The notes below the pieces were generated by a model that worked only from the letters and a program-made list of their open reading frames with translations, was not told where the DNA came from and made no database searches. Below are positions 30,049 to 40,792 of a stretch of 64,000 nucleotides of DNA, piece after piece. The position numbers were made by a program, and so were the translations under genes. Source of the stretch: Candidatus Bathyarchaeota archaeon (GTDB lineage Archaea; Thermoproteota; Bathyarchaeia; Bathyarchaeales; Bathycorpusculaceae); assembly GCA_963767735.1 (NCBI GenBank), contig CAVYES010000006.1:384001-448000 (forward strand), read 5' to 3'. Numbering within the stretch: position 1 is the stretch's first letter; every line of letters begins with the position of its first letter.

Positions 30049-30450
30049 TCAGGGTAATTTCTGAAAACCGGCCTGCCTAAAGTGATTATCAAAAGTGAAT
30101 GCTTCGGTGATTAAAAGGTCTCTCATTGAAGCGAAACTTGTGCAGTCAGTGAAACTCCATGAATCACTTGCTTTCTTGAACATATCTAATGCTTCTTCGA
30201 ATATGTTTTCACCTATCCAAAAGACGCGTATGCTTTTGCTTCTCCTTATCTTGTCAATAAAATTTATAGCAACAAGAAGCCCTTTTTTGGATTGCAGGAG
30301 AGTCAGGGTTTCATCGAGTACATAATCAGTTGTGATAAGTATGCCGTGCTTTGCAGAGGCTATTTCGACTAGGAATTTTTGCGCACTTTGATGGTTGACT
30401 TCATCTTCCGCTTCTAAGGCAAACCATGCGCTTGAATCAACAAAAATCAT
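30049..30450 (-). CDS. vapC: PIN-domain toxin (VapC)
   Basis: MIFVDSSAW...TDYVLDE...SFTDC...FTFD.HF..AGF. Confidence 0.9.
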   Translation of the reverse strand: MIFVDSSAWFALEAEDEVNHQSAQKFLVEIASAKHGILITTDYVLDETLTLLQSKKGLLVAINFIDKIRRSKSIRVFWIGENIFEEALDMFKKASDSWSFTDCTSFASMRDLLITEAFTFDNHFRQAGFQKLP

Positions 30451-30682
30451 GAGGTTCACTGTATAGATATTTGTCATGGTCTTCTGAAATGTTCTCTTGT
30501 TTTCCCGTCCGTTTTGCACTCGGGGGTTCGGTGAAGATAGGGTCATGGGGGTCTACACAGCCTTCCACAGTGTTTCTGATTGATTGCCTGAGAACCTCTT
30601 TGATTGTCTTGGAGTTTTTCTTGGCATATTCCTCTAGAAGTTTATGTTCGGCTTCAGTCAAGGTTGTTTGAACAACACGCAT
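30437..30682 (-). CDS. Ribbon-helix-helix antitoxin (VapB-like)
   Basis: RVVQTTL RHH start, SEDHDKYLY tail, overlaps the PIN gene. Confidence 0.8.
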   Translation of the reverse strand: MRVVQTTLTEAEHKLLEEYAKKNSKTIKEVLRQSIRNTVEGCVDPHDPIFTEPPSAKRTGKQENISEDHDKYLYSEPHDFC

Positions 30683-31318
30683 GTTACATCATGCATTCCA
30701 TATGGAGAATGAAACTTTAAAACATTGCTATAGCGTTCAAACCGTTCGCTGAAACCAAAACCGACCTGTCCCTGATGACAATATGCTAGGCGGCATGAAA
30801 AAAACTAAGAGGAACGGGCGGGAACTGTTCGGCAACGGACCGCCCTCACCTCATAAATCAGCCGTCAACGTACATGGTTTCTTCCCACAACAACCGCCAC
30901 TTCAGTGCAAACTCGTACCGGTAAAATTAGGTCAAAATCGTGCACTCTCAACATGCGAAAAGTTCAAAATAGGCACAGTTTTCCATGCAAAAGGTTCACA
31001 ACTTCCAAGGCAATCAACACTGGTTTAACCCGATTTCCAGTTTTAAGCCCAATCCAGCCTTCTTCCGCAGGTAAAAAACGAGAAAATTGAACCCTTAAGT
31101 TCAATTTCCATGAAATGCAAGTTATATTTCTTAGAAGCTGCCCTCAGAGAACCGCCTCAAAGTCGCTATAAGACAGTCGTTATCCATTCACCGAACGGCA
31201 ACCGAAAACAGCAATCTTTGCAGCAAGGCATCTACCTGCGCGGGATTTGAACCTAAAAATTGGTGCGGTTGTAGTGAGCTCGCGGGTACTTGAATCTGGA
31301 ACGGTTAAGAACCTTTAA

Positions 31319-31393
31319 TGGGGCTGCCCGGATTTGAACCGGAGTCTATAGAGCCCAAGTCTACAAGCCTAGACCAAGCTAGCCCACAGCCCC
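31319..31393 (-). tRNA. tRNA-Pro(TGG)
   Basis: GGGGCTGTGGGCTAGCTTGGTCTAGGCTTGTAGACTTGGGCTCTATAGACTCCGGTTCAAATCCGGGCAGCCCCA cloverleaf. Confidence 0.93.
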
Positions 31394-31723
31394 TTGTCTT
31401 TTCCTGAACAAGGCTATTTCCAGAGTTTATTAGGTCAACATTCTTTGCTTAACCTATTTGACCACTCTAAACCTTTTCAGTTGTCAGAGAGATGGATTGT
31501 GCTTTTAATAAAGTTTTCAGGGATTCAATGCTTTGAGGATGATACTCAAACTGGGGTTTACCCTCCTTCTTGCCTATGTAATGTCTAGCTCCGCCGTAAG
31601 CTGAGCTCGCAATTGGCTCTGAGGGATAATTGTATAAGAGACACTTTGCCAGAAACTTGACATTCTAACTTAACCATTTAATCTTCATTTAGATTCTTCC
31701 ATAGGTTTGGACCCTGGAGTGGT

Positions 31724-31761
31724 CAACTTTGGATATAAAGACCATTAAGAACTAATTTTGG
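31724..31761 (+). repeat. 38-bp direct repeat copy 1 containing a dif-like 11-6-11 site (31728-31755)
   Basis: caac-TTTGGATATAA-agacca-TTAAGAACTAA-ttttgg. Confidence 0.8.
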
Positions 31762-31786
31762 AGCGTATCTGTATTTTTCTAATAAA

Positions 31787-31930
31787 TTAAACATACAATG
31801 ATTGATTAACTGTTACTGTGAAGTTATTGTGGCATTTTGCACAATGATAGGCTTGAATAGTAAAACTATATTTTTTCATTTCCCTTGAAGGTTTGTCTAC
31901 TTCTTTCCCACAGTTAGGGCAGTGAGCCAT
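31787..31930 (-). CDS. 47-aa zinc-ribbon microprotein (possibly Cren7-like fold)
   Basis: Manual translation MAHCPNCGKEVDKPSREMKKYSFTIQAYHCAKCHNNFTVTVNQSLYV. Confidence 0.7.
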   Translation of the reverse strand: MAHCPNCGKEVDKPSREMKKYSFTIQAYHCAKCHNNFTVTVNQSLYV

Positions 31931-31996
31931 TGAGCATCAATCTTTCTTCATGGATGCAATAAGGATATGAATATTATGAACTTAGAATATGTAATC

Positions 31997-32034
31997 CAAC
32001 TTTAGATTTAAAGACCATTAAGAACTAATTTTGG
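31997..32034 (+). repeat. 38-bp direct repeat copy 2 containing a dif-like site (32001-32028)
   Basis: caac-TTTAGATTTAA-agacca-TTAAGAACTAA-ttttgg; 36/38 identical to copy 1. Confidence 0.8.
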
Positions 32035-32377
32035 GGCATCAGCAAAGAGATTAGCTCAGTCTAAGAAACCTAAACAAATAGCCTTTTATGGTCAATCTTC
32101 TGCAAATCTAATTATGAGTAAAATGAAAAAAACAACTGTTGCAATACTTGCACTTGATGTAATCCTGCTATCGCTCACGCCATTACAAACAAGACAGAAT
32201 GAGCAAGCAATCAGACTTTGGGTCCTTTAAAGATTATTTTGCCTTCCCCTTCCCTCTGATAAATCTTGATTGTTCGTTAGAAGTATAAAAAATTAATCAT
32301 TAAAACAGTAAAAAATTCAGGCGTATCAGGCAAGATTCAAGAAAAAAAGTTTGCCGACACTAAAAATAAAGCTATAA

Positions 32378-33313
32378 CTAAACATTAACTTTCCTAACGT
32401 ATGATGAAGCCCGCATCGCAGCCATCGCTCCTTCTCCAGCCGCCGTTACCGCCTGCATTCCGCCGCAGGTGCAATCTCCAGCTGCAAAAACTCCTTCTAT
32501 GCTTGTTCTTTGCTGGCGATCAACCGTTAAGCAGCCAGTTCTATCCGTGGCTACTCCAGCGCTTCTTACTATTGCGGTTAAAGGAACGCCTCCTAATGAA
32601 ACAAAAACGCCTTTAGCGTCTTTTTCTACTTCAAGCTGAGTGCCGAAATCAAGGATTTTTGCTGCTTTAACGATTTGTTCGCCGACAATCTTGGTTATCT
32701 TGCCTTTGATGACTTCTACATTGGGTTTACTTCGAAGTCTATCTATCAGTGTGCCTGAAATCTCTAATTCCGGTTCATTAGTTACCAGCATAACCTTGTT
32801 TGCTATGTCGGATAGAAATAAAGCGTCAATTGCAGCTTCTTCTCCGTTTCCGACGACTATCACGGTTGCGTGTTTAAAAAATGGTCCATCGCAAGTAACG
32901 CAGTAGCTGACGCCTCGACCTATAAAGTCGGTTTCTCCAGGAACGAGAAGTTTTCTTCGTTGCGTTCCAGTCGCGATAATTATCGCGTGCGCTTCATAGG
33001 TGTGTTTTCGCGAAACAACAAGTTTAACCTCGCCCTTCAATTCTAAACCGATAACTTCTTCATCTTCCCTAATTTCCGCGTGAAAACGTAAGGCTTGCAA
33101 ACGCATCTTCTCAACCAGTTCGCTGCCTTTAATGCCCAACTCGAATCCTGGAAAATTCTCTATTTGCGGAGCTAACCATGCTCTTCCACCAACGATGCCT
33201 GATTCCAGAACCACGGTTTTTAACCCAAGCCACGACGTGTAAATAGCTGCTGTTAAGCCGGCAGGCCCGGTGCCGATTATTAGAACATCAATTTTTTGGT
33301 TTTCTTCTGACAT
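32378..33313 (-). CDS. trxB: Thioredoxin-disulfide reductase
   Basis: IIGTGPAG, IENFPG, GRGVSYCVTCDG, FAAGD. Confidence 0.88.
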   Translation of the reverse strand: MSEENQKIDVLIIGTGPAGLTAAIYTSWLGLKTVVLESGIVGGRAWLAPQIENFPGFELGIKGSELVEKMRLQALRFHAEIREDEEVIGLELKGEVKLVVSRKHTYEAHAIIIATGTQRRKLLVPGETDFIGRGVSYCVTCDGPFFKHATVIVVGNGEEAAIDALFLSDIANKVMLVTNEPELEISGTLIDRLRSKPNVEVIKGKITKIVGEQIVKAAKILDFGTQLEVEKDAKGVFVSLGGVPLTAIVRSAGVATDRTGCLTVDRQQRTSIEGVFAAGDCTCGGMQAVTAAGEGAMAAMRASSYVRKVNV

Positions 33314-33603
33314 TTTCTCACCTAAAGAATTAGAATATTTCACTAGTAAAGTTCTGTGAACCGACTAATATATTTTAGATTTCGCTCTCGATCTCTTGCT
33401 TTCTCGATTGATGGTTCATTCGTTGCTGGTTGATTATCTAATGTGAGACTTTTAGTCTAAATGGTTATCTTTTGCTTCTGAACCATTTAACAAAAAGATG
33501 AGTTTTGCTATAATTAATTTTGGAAAGTTAAAATGTATTTAAAATTCGAGATAAACTAAAATTAAAAAAAGAAAAATTATGGGGTTTGGTTTATTCTTCG
33601 CCT

Positions 33604-35235
33604 TCAGGACCGCCAGCCTGGGCCACCTGGACCGCCTTTTGGTGATTTGGCTGTTATGACGTCGTCTATGCGTAGTATCATGGCTGCTGATTCGGCTGCG
33701 GATTTGATGGCTTGTTCTTTGACTACGAGTGGTTCTATGACTCCTTCTTCGACGCTGTTTTGCAGTTTGCCTGTGAAAACGTTGATGCCTATGTTTTTGC
33801 CGTCGGCTGTGTCATGTTTTGAGCGCAGTTCGACGAGGATGTCTATTGGCTGTAATCCTGCGTTTTCTGCGAGTGTGCGGGGTATTACTTCCATTGCGTC
33901 TGCGAATGCTTCGACGGCTAATTGTTCTCTTCCGCCTACTTTGGTTGCGTACTTGCGTAGTTCTTTGGCTACTTCGATTTCTACTGCGCCGCCGCCTGGA
34001 ACGATTTTGTTGTTCTCTATTACGTCTGAGACTACTGATAGTGAGTCGGTTATGGCTCTTTCTGCTTCGTCAACCATGCGTTCGAGTCCCGCGCGGATTA
34101 GTATGGATACGCTGTGTGGGTCTTTGCATTTTTCGACGAATATCATTTTGTCGTCGCCGATTTTGCGTTCATCCACTAAGCCTGCTAAGCCAAGGTCTGC
34201 AGCTTTGAGGTCGTCGAGGTCGCTGATTATTCTTGCGCCTGTTGCTTTTGCGAGTTTTTCCATGTCGGATTCTTTTACGCGTCTTGCCGCCATTATGCCT
34301 GCTTTAGAGAGGAAGTGCTGGACCATGTCGTCGATGCCTTTTTGGCAGAAAACTATGTCTGCGCCTGAGGCTTTGACTTTGGTAACCATCTTCTCCATCA
34401 TATCGTTTTCTTGGTCGAGGAACGCTTTCATCTGTGAGGGGTCTTTGATGCGGATTTCAGCGCTCATTTCTGTTTTCTCTATTTCCAAGGCTGCGTCTAA
34501 GAGGAGGATTTTTGCGTTTTCTTTGGTTTTTGGCATTCCTGGGTTAACGACTTCTTTGTCGATGATTATTCCTCTGATAAGTTGGGTTTCGAGGAGGCTT
34601 TTGCCTGTTTTCTTGACGAGTTGGATGTTGTCTATGTCGGCTATGGTTTTATCGCCGCGTACCTCTGCGATTTGTTTGACTGCGTCTATGGATATTTCTG
34701 CTAGGTGTTCTCTTGCTGACCCTACTGATTTGCTGCTCATTGAGGTTAATGCGACTTTGAGGAGTGTTTTGCGGTCGTTTATGTCAAGCGGGGTGGATAT
34801 TTTGTTTATGATTTCGATTGCTTTTTGTGATGCTTTTCGGTAGCCGCTTACGAGGATTATTGGGTGGATGTTTTGGTCGAGGAGTTCTTCTGCTTTTTTG
34901 AGGAGTTCGCTTGCCAATATAACTGTGGTTGTGGTTCCGTCGCCTACCATGTCATCCTGGGTTTTGGCGATTTCCACCATCATTTTCGCTGCTGGGTGTT
35001 CGACGTCTATTTCTTTTAGGATTGCTGCGCCGTCGTTTGTTATTGTTATGTCGCCTAGGCTGTCAACAAGCATTTTATCCATGCCTCTTGGACCTAGGGT
35101 GGTTTTGAGTACTTCGCCGATGACTTGCGCGGCCATTATGTTGTTTCTCTGGGCTTCTTTGCCTCTGCTCCGGGTTGTTCCTTCTTTAAGAATCAACACG
35201 GGTTGTCCTGAACCTGTTGTTGTTAAATACGCCAT
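33604..35235 (-). CDS. Thermosome (group II chaperonin) subunit
   Basis: [33 protein letters not shown]; probable indel in the Gly-rich tail. Confidence 0.97.
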   Translation of the reverse strand: MAYLTTTGSGQPVLILKEGTTRSRGKEAQRNNIMAAQVIGEVLKTTLGPRGMDKMLVDSLGDITITNDGAAILKEIDVEHPAAKMMVEIAKTQDDMVGDGTTTTVILASELLKKAEELLDQNIHPIILVSGYRKASQKAIEIINKISTPLDINDRKTLLKVALTSMSSKSVGSAREHLAEISIDAVKQIAEVRGDKTIADIDNIQLVKKTGKSLLETQLIRGIIIDKEVVNPGMPKTKENAKILLLDAALEIEKTEMSAEIRIKDPSQMKAFLDQENDMMEKMVTKVKASGADIVFCQKGIDDMVQHFLSKAGIMAARRVKESDMEKLAKATGARIISDLDDLKAADLGLAGLVDERKIGDDKMIFVEKCKDPHSVSILIRAGLERMVDEAERAITDSLSVVSDVIENNKIVPGGGAVEIEVAKELRKYATKVGGREQLAVEAFADAMEVIPRTLAENAGLQPIDILVELRSKHDTADGKNIGINVFTGKLQNSVEEGVIEPLVVKEQAIKSAAESAAMILRIDDVITAKSPKGGPGGPGWRS

Positions 35236-35590
35236 ATTTATTATCCACTTTAATAGAACTTTATTTAATTCGGAAATAAGCAAAAAACGCACGGAAATAT
35301 AAACATTTAGCTTAGATTTTGGGTGGTTGTGCTTTCGGTAAGGGTTGGTTTCTGTTTTCTGTGTGCTTTTTACTAGTTGAATTTGGTTGTTAATAGTAGG
35401 GAGGGGGCCTGTTGCTTCTGCATGCTGTCTTTGTGGTCGGTTTTTGGGATAAATATTAAGAGGGTCTATGCGTCGGCGGTTTGGTTGGGGGTTTTTCTTT
35501 TTTGTTGTGGTGTCTGGGGGAGCTTGTCAGAAATGTTTATTTGTATATTTTGAATTATACAGTTTTAAAATATACAGAAGATGCAGCTGC

Positions 35591-36928
35591 TTGTTTGTCA
35601 ACAGAAAAAAAGAATGCGAAGAACTCAAAAAAATTCTTGACGCCGAAGGCTTCGGTTTCGCGGTCCTGTACGGAAGAAGGCGGGTGGGAAAAACCCGGTT
35701 GCTACTTGAAAGCCTCAAAGAAAGAAACCACATTTATTATTTAGCCGTCGAAAACGACAACTTGAGGTATTTCTCGGCGGTTGCAGCTCAGCGTTTTCCT
35801 GAGGTCAAGAATCTCAGAGAAGATTGGGAGGTGCTCTTAGGCTTCCTTAAAGACAAGGTTGATGTGCTATTGATCGATGAATTCCAGAATCTGGTGAAGG
35901 AAGACAAAACAGTTCTTTCGCTTCTTCAGCGTGTAGTAGACAAAGATTTGAAAGGCAGCGACCTCAAGTTGGTTGCCTTGGGCTCTTCGGTGTCTATGAT
36001 TACGTCTGAAGTGCTGCAATATAGAAGTCCCCTTTACGGTAAGAGAACATACGCTAAAAGAGTCGGCGCAATGAGTTTTCTTGGCATAAAGGGTTTTTTT
36101 CCCAAGGCATCCTGTTTGGAGATTGCTGAAATTTACGGGTTCGCTGACGGCATTCCCTATTACCTTGAAAAAATCAGTTTGCCTTTTTGGAGGTGGCTTG
36201 AAGGTGAGCTGCGGAAACCGACATTTGTAAAGGATGAACTTGATTTTATGCTTAGGTACGAGTTTGAGGATGTTGGTACATACAAGACAATTCTTGAAGC
36301 TATATCTATGGGTAAAACCAAAGTTTCCGAAATAAAGGATTATGCCCGGCTACAGAGAACAGACATCAGCTCCTATCTAAGTAAGCTCATCAACACTGGT
36401 TTTGTTCTAAGAGAGTTGCCGTTGACTGAACCCGTTACCTCAAAAATGGGGAGGTACTATATTGCCGATCAATTTGTCGCTTTCTGGTTTAGGTACATCT
36501 ACCCGAATTTAAGCAACATTGAAGAGGGCCTTTATTCAGCTGCTGCTGTGAAGAAAGATTATTCGCAGTATATGGGCTTCGTTTTTGAGAAGATTTGCAG
36601 GCAGGTTCTTTTTGAGTTAATTAGGCGTGGAAACATGAGTTTCGATAAAGTTGGTAAATGGTGGTACAAAGACGTCGAGATTGATTTGGTAGGATTGAAC
36701 GCTGAGAAAAAAGATATTTTATTGGCGGAATGTAAGTGGCAGGACAATGTTTCTTCATATAAGGTTCTTGCCGAGTTAAAGAAGAAATCGGGACATGTAA
36801 GGTGGAATAACGAGGACAGAAAAGACACTTACGCTATTTTCGCAAAGTCGTTTAAAGAGAAGAGTATTGAAGATGAAAATGTGCGATTGTTTGACTTAAA
36901 AGATATCGGAAACCTTATGGAAACTTGA
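35591..36928 (+). CDS. Archaeal ATPase with wHTH and C-terminal DUF234/PD-(D/E)xK domain
   Basis: FVNR..E, YGRRRVGKT, IDEFQ, SPLYGKR, FWFRY, EIDLV...ECKW; TTG start inferred. Confidence 0.9.
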   Translation: MFVNRKKECEELKKILDAEGFGFAVLYGRRRVGKTRLLLESLKERNHIYYLAVENDNLRYFSAVAAQRFPEVKNLREDWEVLLGFLKDKVDVLLIDEFQNLVKEDKTVLSLLQRVVDKDLKGSDLKLVALGSSVSMITSEVLQYRSPLYGKRTYAKRVGAMSFLGIKGFFPKASCLEIAEIYGFADGIPYYLEKISLPFWRWLEGELRKPTFVKDELDFMLRYEFEDVGTYKTILEAISMGKTKVSEIKDYARLQRTDISSYLSKLINTGFVLRELPLTEPVTSKMGRYYIADQFVAFWFRYIYPNLSNIEEGLYSAAAVKKDYSQYMGFVFEKICRQVLFELIRRGNMSFDKVGKWWYKDVEIDLVGLNAEKKDILLAECKWQDNVSSYKVLAELKKKSGHVRWNNEDRKDTYAIFAKSFKEKSIEDENVRLFDLKDIGNLMET

Positions 36929-36943
36929 ACTTAACCTTTTTTT

Positions 36944-37197
36944 TTATTCATCTTCGTCTTCATGTCTGAGCTTGTAGAGTAACTTGTCCATTTTGTCCGC
37001 GGTTGCGGGGTCGACTGGATATGCGCCTATCATGTCCCAAATTGTCTTTTTGGGTTTAAACAGTATGCCTTCTTTTGTGGCGATTATTTTCTGCGTAGCT
37101 TCACGGGGATGGTGGTTTGGCCTTTTTTGGTGACGACAACTTCAGCTACAGCAACTTGACTCTCGCTATCTTCCTTTTTCCCGACTTGTTTTTTCAC
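36944..37197 (-). pseudogene. AbrB/MazE-type antitoxin with internal deletion/frameshift, no toxin partner
   Basis: VVVTKKGQTTIPVKLRRK then frame change to IIATKEGILFKPKKTIWDMIG...KLRHEDEDE*. Confidence 0.7.
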
Positions 37198-37221
37198 AAC
37201 TTCGGTTTCCAACTTTTTCGC

Positions 37222-37251
37222 CGTATTACCTTTAGTTTCGTACTACCTTTA
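37222..37251. promoter_or_regulatory. Tandem 13-bp operator-like repeat upstream of the AbrB remnant
   Basis: cgtattaccttta / cgtactaccttta. Confidence 0.35.
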
Positions 37252-37341
37252 AAAATTGCGGAAAAAAATTCTGAGCCAGCTCTAAGCGCGGGTTGCAAAG
37301 GCTTTTTAGCGTAAATCACCCTATTAGCATCAGTGACAAGT

Positions 37342-37884
37342 ATGAGTCTTCTTGAAGTTAACGATTTTATTATGCAAAAGAAAATTCTCTCCATGCATGA
37401 ACACTACGATTTTTCGGATTTGCAAGGCAACAAGCTGGGCGAAGCCGACGGCAACCTTGTCCAGGTCCCACCCAAATTTCAAGTCAAAGACACCCACGGC
37501 CAGGAGCTCCTGGCGGTGCAGGGCAAAGTGTTCTCGCTGCGGCATGAATTCACTTTTCACGGTCAAGGCGGCGAAGAGTTGGGAACAATAAAAAAGAAAA
37601 TAGTCAAACTCGTCGGCGAAGAATTCTGGGTCGAAAAAAACGGGCAAGAATTCATGCGCATCTACGGAAACTTCACCGAACACGACTACCAATTCGAAGT
37701 CGCGGGGCAGCCGGTGGCTTCTGTTCACAAGAAATGGGTAACCCTAAGAGACCAACTAGGAGTCTCAATAACAGGACAAGCGGACCACCGAACAATCATC
37801 GGAGCCGTCATCGTAATAGAACACATAGAAGTAACAGAAAAACAATCCTCATCAGGCTCAGGGATCGGGAACATTCGATTCTAA
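37342..37884 (+). CDS. LURP-one/Tubby-C-like protein
   Basis: QKKILSM..HY...GNFTEHDYQF...KKWVTLRD repeat beta pattern. Confidence 0.8.
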   Translation: MSLLEVNDFIMQKKILSMHEHYDFSDLQGNKLGEADGNLVQVPPKFQVKDTHGQELLAVQGKVFSLRHEFTFHGQGGEELGTIKKKIVKLVGEEFWVEKNGQEFMRIYGNFTEHDYQFEVAGQPVASVHKKWVTLRDQLGVSITGQADHRTIIGAVIVIEHIEVTEKQSSSGSGIGNIRF

Positions 37885-38125
37885 GAGATAACGAAAAGCA
37901 CCAAACAATCAAAGAAGTAACTGGAAGAAAACTCCCAAACTATCAATTCTATCCTACTTCATCAATCACATGAAGTTTCTGATGGCAAAACTTCGAGCGA
38001 AGCATGCGGAATAACAATCGAAAGCGAAAACAAGTGGAAAACTCTAATACAAAATGCAAGTAAGGCAAGCAAATAACCCCAAAACTTAACAACAAAAATC
38101 GATGTTGTTACTCTAAGGGAAAATA

Positions 38126-38917
38126 TTGAAAAAAATTAGCGTAATATTTGCAATTATACTAATTGTAATAAATTCTATTTTAGGCGCTTTTGTCTTTTTT
38201 AATGCTTCAAACATAACGAATAGTTGGTTTAATCCTGAGACTAACCAAAAAATTACTAATCAAACTTTTTACCTATTTTACCCCCCTCAAGCACCAGCAA
38301 CACTCATACTTGGTTCCAATGGAGCAATGATTAGTATAGATGTAAATATCACAGGTTCATTTTTAACTGATAGCCCTTTAACCATAATAGCCGTAGGGAG
38401 TGGCATCCCCTCTTTTCTGCAAAATGTTGATTATGTAGCAGTAGGATTTGCAGGAGCTGAAGCATACATTTCATCTGGTCTATTGAATGTTGAAGGCGGT
38501 GCATGGGCAGGGCTTTCGTTAACTCCAAATGCAAATATATCGCCTATAAACCAAAATGTCTTTTTAGGCGAAAATCTTGTGAGCGACGGTAGTCAACAAA
38601 TAGCCTTTGAAAACCCTCAAACATACAACTTGATTATTACTATTGGTCTGAATAATCAATCTGAGCCGATTCAATATACCTATCCAAGTGACTCTATCTA
38701 TGTTGGACAGCCAAGTGCTAATGTTGTTGGAGCGCATAATGTTAGATTTGATTATGCAGTTGGATTGATGACTGTTTTAGATATTTTCATCGGCGTGTTA
38801 ACTTATACTGTTAAGGCTTTCAAAGAAGGAAATCAATCGGTGACTACCAACAGTATAAGCCCAGTTGCAAAGAAACCTAAACAAACAAGAAAAGCACCAC
38901 CTAGAAAAACATCGTAA
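38126..38917 (+). CDS. Membrane-anchored extracellular protein
   Basis: N- and C-terminal TM helices, N/S/T-rich middle. Confidence 0.7.
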   Translation: MKKISVIFAIILIVINSILGAFVFFNASNITNSWFNPETNQKITNQTFYLFYPPQAPATLILGSNGAMISIDVNITGSFLTDSPLTIIAVGSGIPSFLQNVDYVAVGFAGAEAYISSGLLNVEGGAWAGLSLTPNANISPINQNVFLGENLVSDGSQQIAFENPQTYNLIITIGLNNQSEPIQYTYPSDSIYVGQPSANVVGAHNVRFDYAVGLMTVLDIFIGVLTYTVKAFKEGNQSVTTNSISPVAKKPKQTRKAPPRKTS

Positions 38918-39381
38918 GTATGAAACACGTAAGGAACACGTAAAAAGAAAAGCATCAGGAAGATAATAAATAAGGCATCTACTAGACGCGACTAACATTA
39001 ACAACCCAACTTTTCTGGTGAATGACTTGTTAAAATTCTGAATCGCCCTTTTGTTTAAATCCATGAACGCTTCTCCCATTGATTAATAGAAAAAAATGCA
39101 TAAGTAAGACCAAGCAAATAGCAAAAAAAGGCAACACCAACAGGTACAGTATTACTCCTAAAATTCGTGAGTATTTTTTTGCTAAAGCGCTCCCAAATTT
39201 TCTGAATCAAATCCACACATCCCTTTGAATTGAATCTCAGGAAACATAAATGAAAAAAGTCGAGAAAAACAGTATGCCTCGAAAATTTACAGGCACATGA
39301 TTTTAGGAGATATGCCCAAAGAACTTTACAGTTCCCGAAATAACAATCCTTAAAAGTTAGTTTTCTAAAAGCCAAGCCGAT

Positions 39382-39717
39382 TTATTTTTTGCGTTTTTCG
39401 CATTGGAGTACTTTAGGGCAGATTAGGCATTCTTCTTGTGTTAGCATGGTTTCTCCTGGTGCGTGTAGGAGTCCGCTGAAGTGGGCGCATTTGGCTGGTG
39501 AGTCGAAGACTATAGGGTATTCGGTTGGTTTGACGCTGATTATTTTTTCGTTTGCGGTGGCGATTTCAAGTTTTGACATGCAGTATGGGCAGGCGTAATG
39601 GGTTTGTCTTGGGATAACGGATGTGTCTGTAATGATGGTTGGTTTATCAAATATTTTTTCGCATCCCTGGTAGGGGCATTTTAGTTTTTCTTCATGATGA
39701 CTGTGGAAAAGCTGCAT
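39382..39717 (-). CDS. Multi-Cys zinc-finger protein
   Basis: CPYQGC, CPYC, CAH, CLICPKVLQC. Confidence 0.75.
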   Translation of the reverse strand: MQLFHSHHEEKLKCPYQGCEKIFDKPTIITDTSVIPRQTHYACPYCMSKLEIATANEKIISVKPTEYPIVFDSPAKCAHFSGLLHAPGETMLTQEECLICPKVLQCEKRKK

Positions 39718-39928
39718 GTTTCATTCGCCTCCCATATTTGTTATACATCAAGTATAGCAAGATTTAATAAACCTTTCCGCAAAACAACATGCCCTGCACA
39801 AAAGCACAACACAACTACAACAAACATATTGCTCAGCCAACTGAGCCAAACTGTCTGTTGAAAGAGAAGACACACGTGCCCATAAACCCAAGACTAACCT
39901 TCATCAATAGCAAACCGACGTGCCGGCA

Positions 39929-40378
39929 ATGAACAAGTCCACCCGCATAGTCTTATTATGCACCGCATGCGTAGCAGCCGCTCTTGCCTCATCTTTCCTA
40001 ACAACAGATATTCTAGTCCGCCCTCAAGTCAGCGGGGTTCCCGATTCCCATTCCCAAGACCTACCCATTCTGCAAGGCGTCACAAAAAACAACGGCTACT
40101 ACAACATCACCTTAGCATTCACCAACGTAACAGACTCCGAAACCCTAAACAACATCTTGATCAACCCGCAAATCAGCAAAACGGTTACGGACTCAACCTT
40201 CTACCTTAACGGCACAGCCATAAACCCTCAGGACCCAGTTAGCTGCAACCTAAACAGCGGCGACAGCCTCCAAATCAACCTTACCTTGCCCTGCACTGAA
40301 TTCCCTTCCGGGTCAACAATCACGCTTCAAGTCATGGGGAACAGTTTCGGCAGCGGCAAAACAGTTGTGCTCCCATAA
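39929..40378 (+). CDS. Membrane-anchored Ig/pilin-like secreted protein
   Basis: N-terminal hydrophobic helix, beta-rich N/T-rich domain. Confidence 0.65.
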   Translation: MNKSTRIVLLCTACVAAALASSFLTTDILVRPQVSGVPDSHSQDLPILQGVTKNNGYYNITLAFTNVTDSETLNNILINPQISKTVTDSTFYLNGTAINPQDPVSCNLNSGDSLQINLTLPCTEFPSGSTITLQVMGNSFGSGKTVVLP

Positions 40379-40572
40379 AACATCTGGCCGCCTCAATGCC
40401 CTAATTCCACAAATGTAAACCTAAACAGGACTTACCCACACGCTTACCATAGTCAAACACGTAAAAACATGTTACATATCCAATATTTCTTAACAATTAT
40501 GAACAAATCTCAAACACGCTTATATCCATTCAAGACTAATTAATAAATATCAAAAAACAACGGTGGAAAAAA

Positions 40573-40638
40573 ATGGAAAAAACTTCCCCAAAGAAAACAG
40601 CTCCAAAAGGAGAAATCCTGTACTTCCCTCACGTATAG
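40573..40638 (+). CDS. 21-aa micropeptide
   Basis: GGTGG RBS-like sequence then MEKTSPKKTAPKGEILYFPHV*. Confidence 0.35.
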   Translation: MEKTSPKKTAPKGEILYFPHV

Positions 40639-40648
40639 GTGAATAAAA

Positions 40649-40792
40649 ATGATTGCAGAAACAAGCGTCCCTCTCTTTGTGTTGTGCACAAGCTCGTTAA
40701 CTGCAGCCTTTGTATACTATAACACAAAATACCGAAAATTCCTCAGAGAAAACGCAGTCAGCCTAACCAAACCCAACCTAAAACACCAATAG
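40649..40792 (+). CDS. 47-aa membrane microprotein
   Basis: AGGTGA RBS then MIAETSVPLFVLCTSSLTAAFVYYNTKYRKFLRENAVSLTKPNLKHQ*. Confidence 0.5.
   Translation: MIAETSVPLFVLCTSSLTAAFVYYNTKYRKFLRENAVSLTKPNLKHQ

Noticed and set aside
30772-30800. CTGATGA...GAAA hammerhead-like core
   Set aside because: Stem II does not close directly on the core and I could not find stems I/III with a cleavage triplet.
33647-35302. Long + strand ORFs (398 aa, 144 aa) opposite the thermosome
   Set aside because: Antisense shadows caused by biased codon usage of a highly expressed gene; no protein-like motifs.
38798-39375. Two overlapping minus-strand ORFs as a frameshifted membrane gene
   Set aside because: No recognisable family; partly overlaps a better-supported + strand gene.
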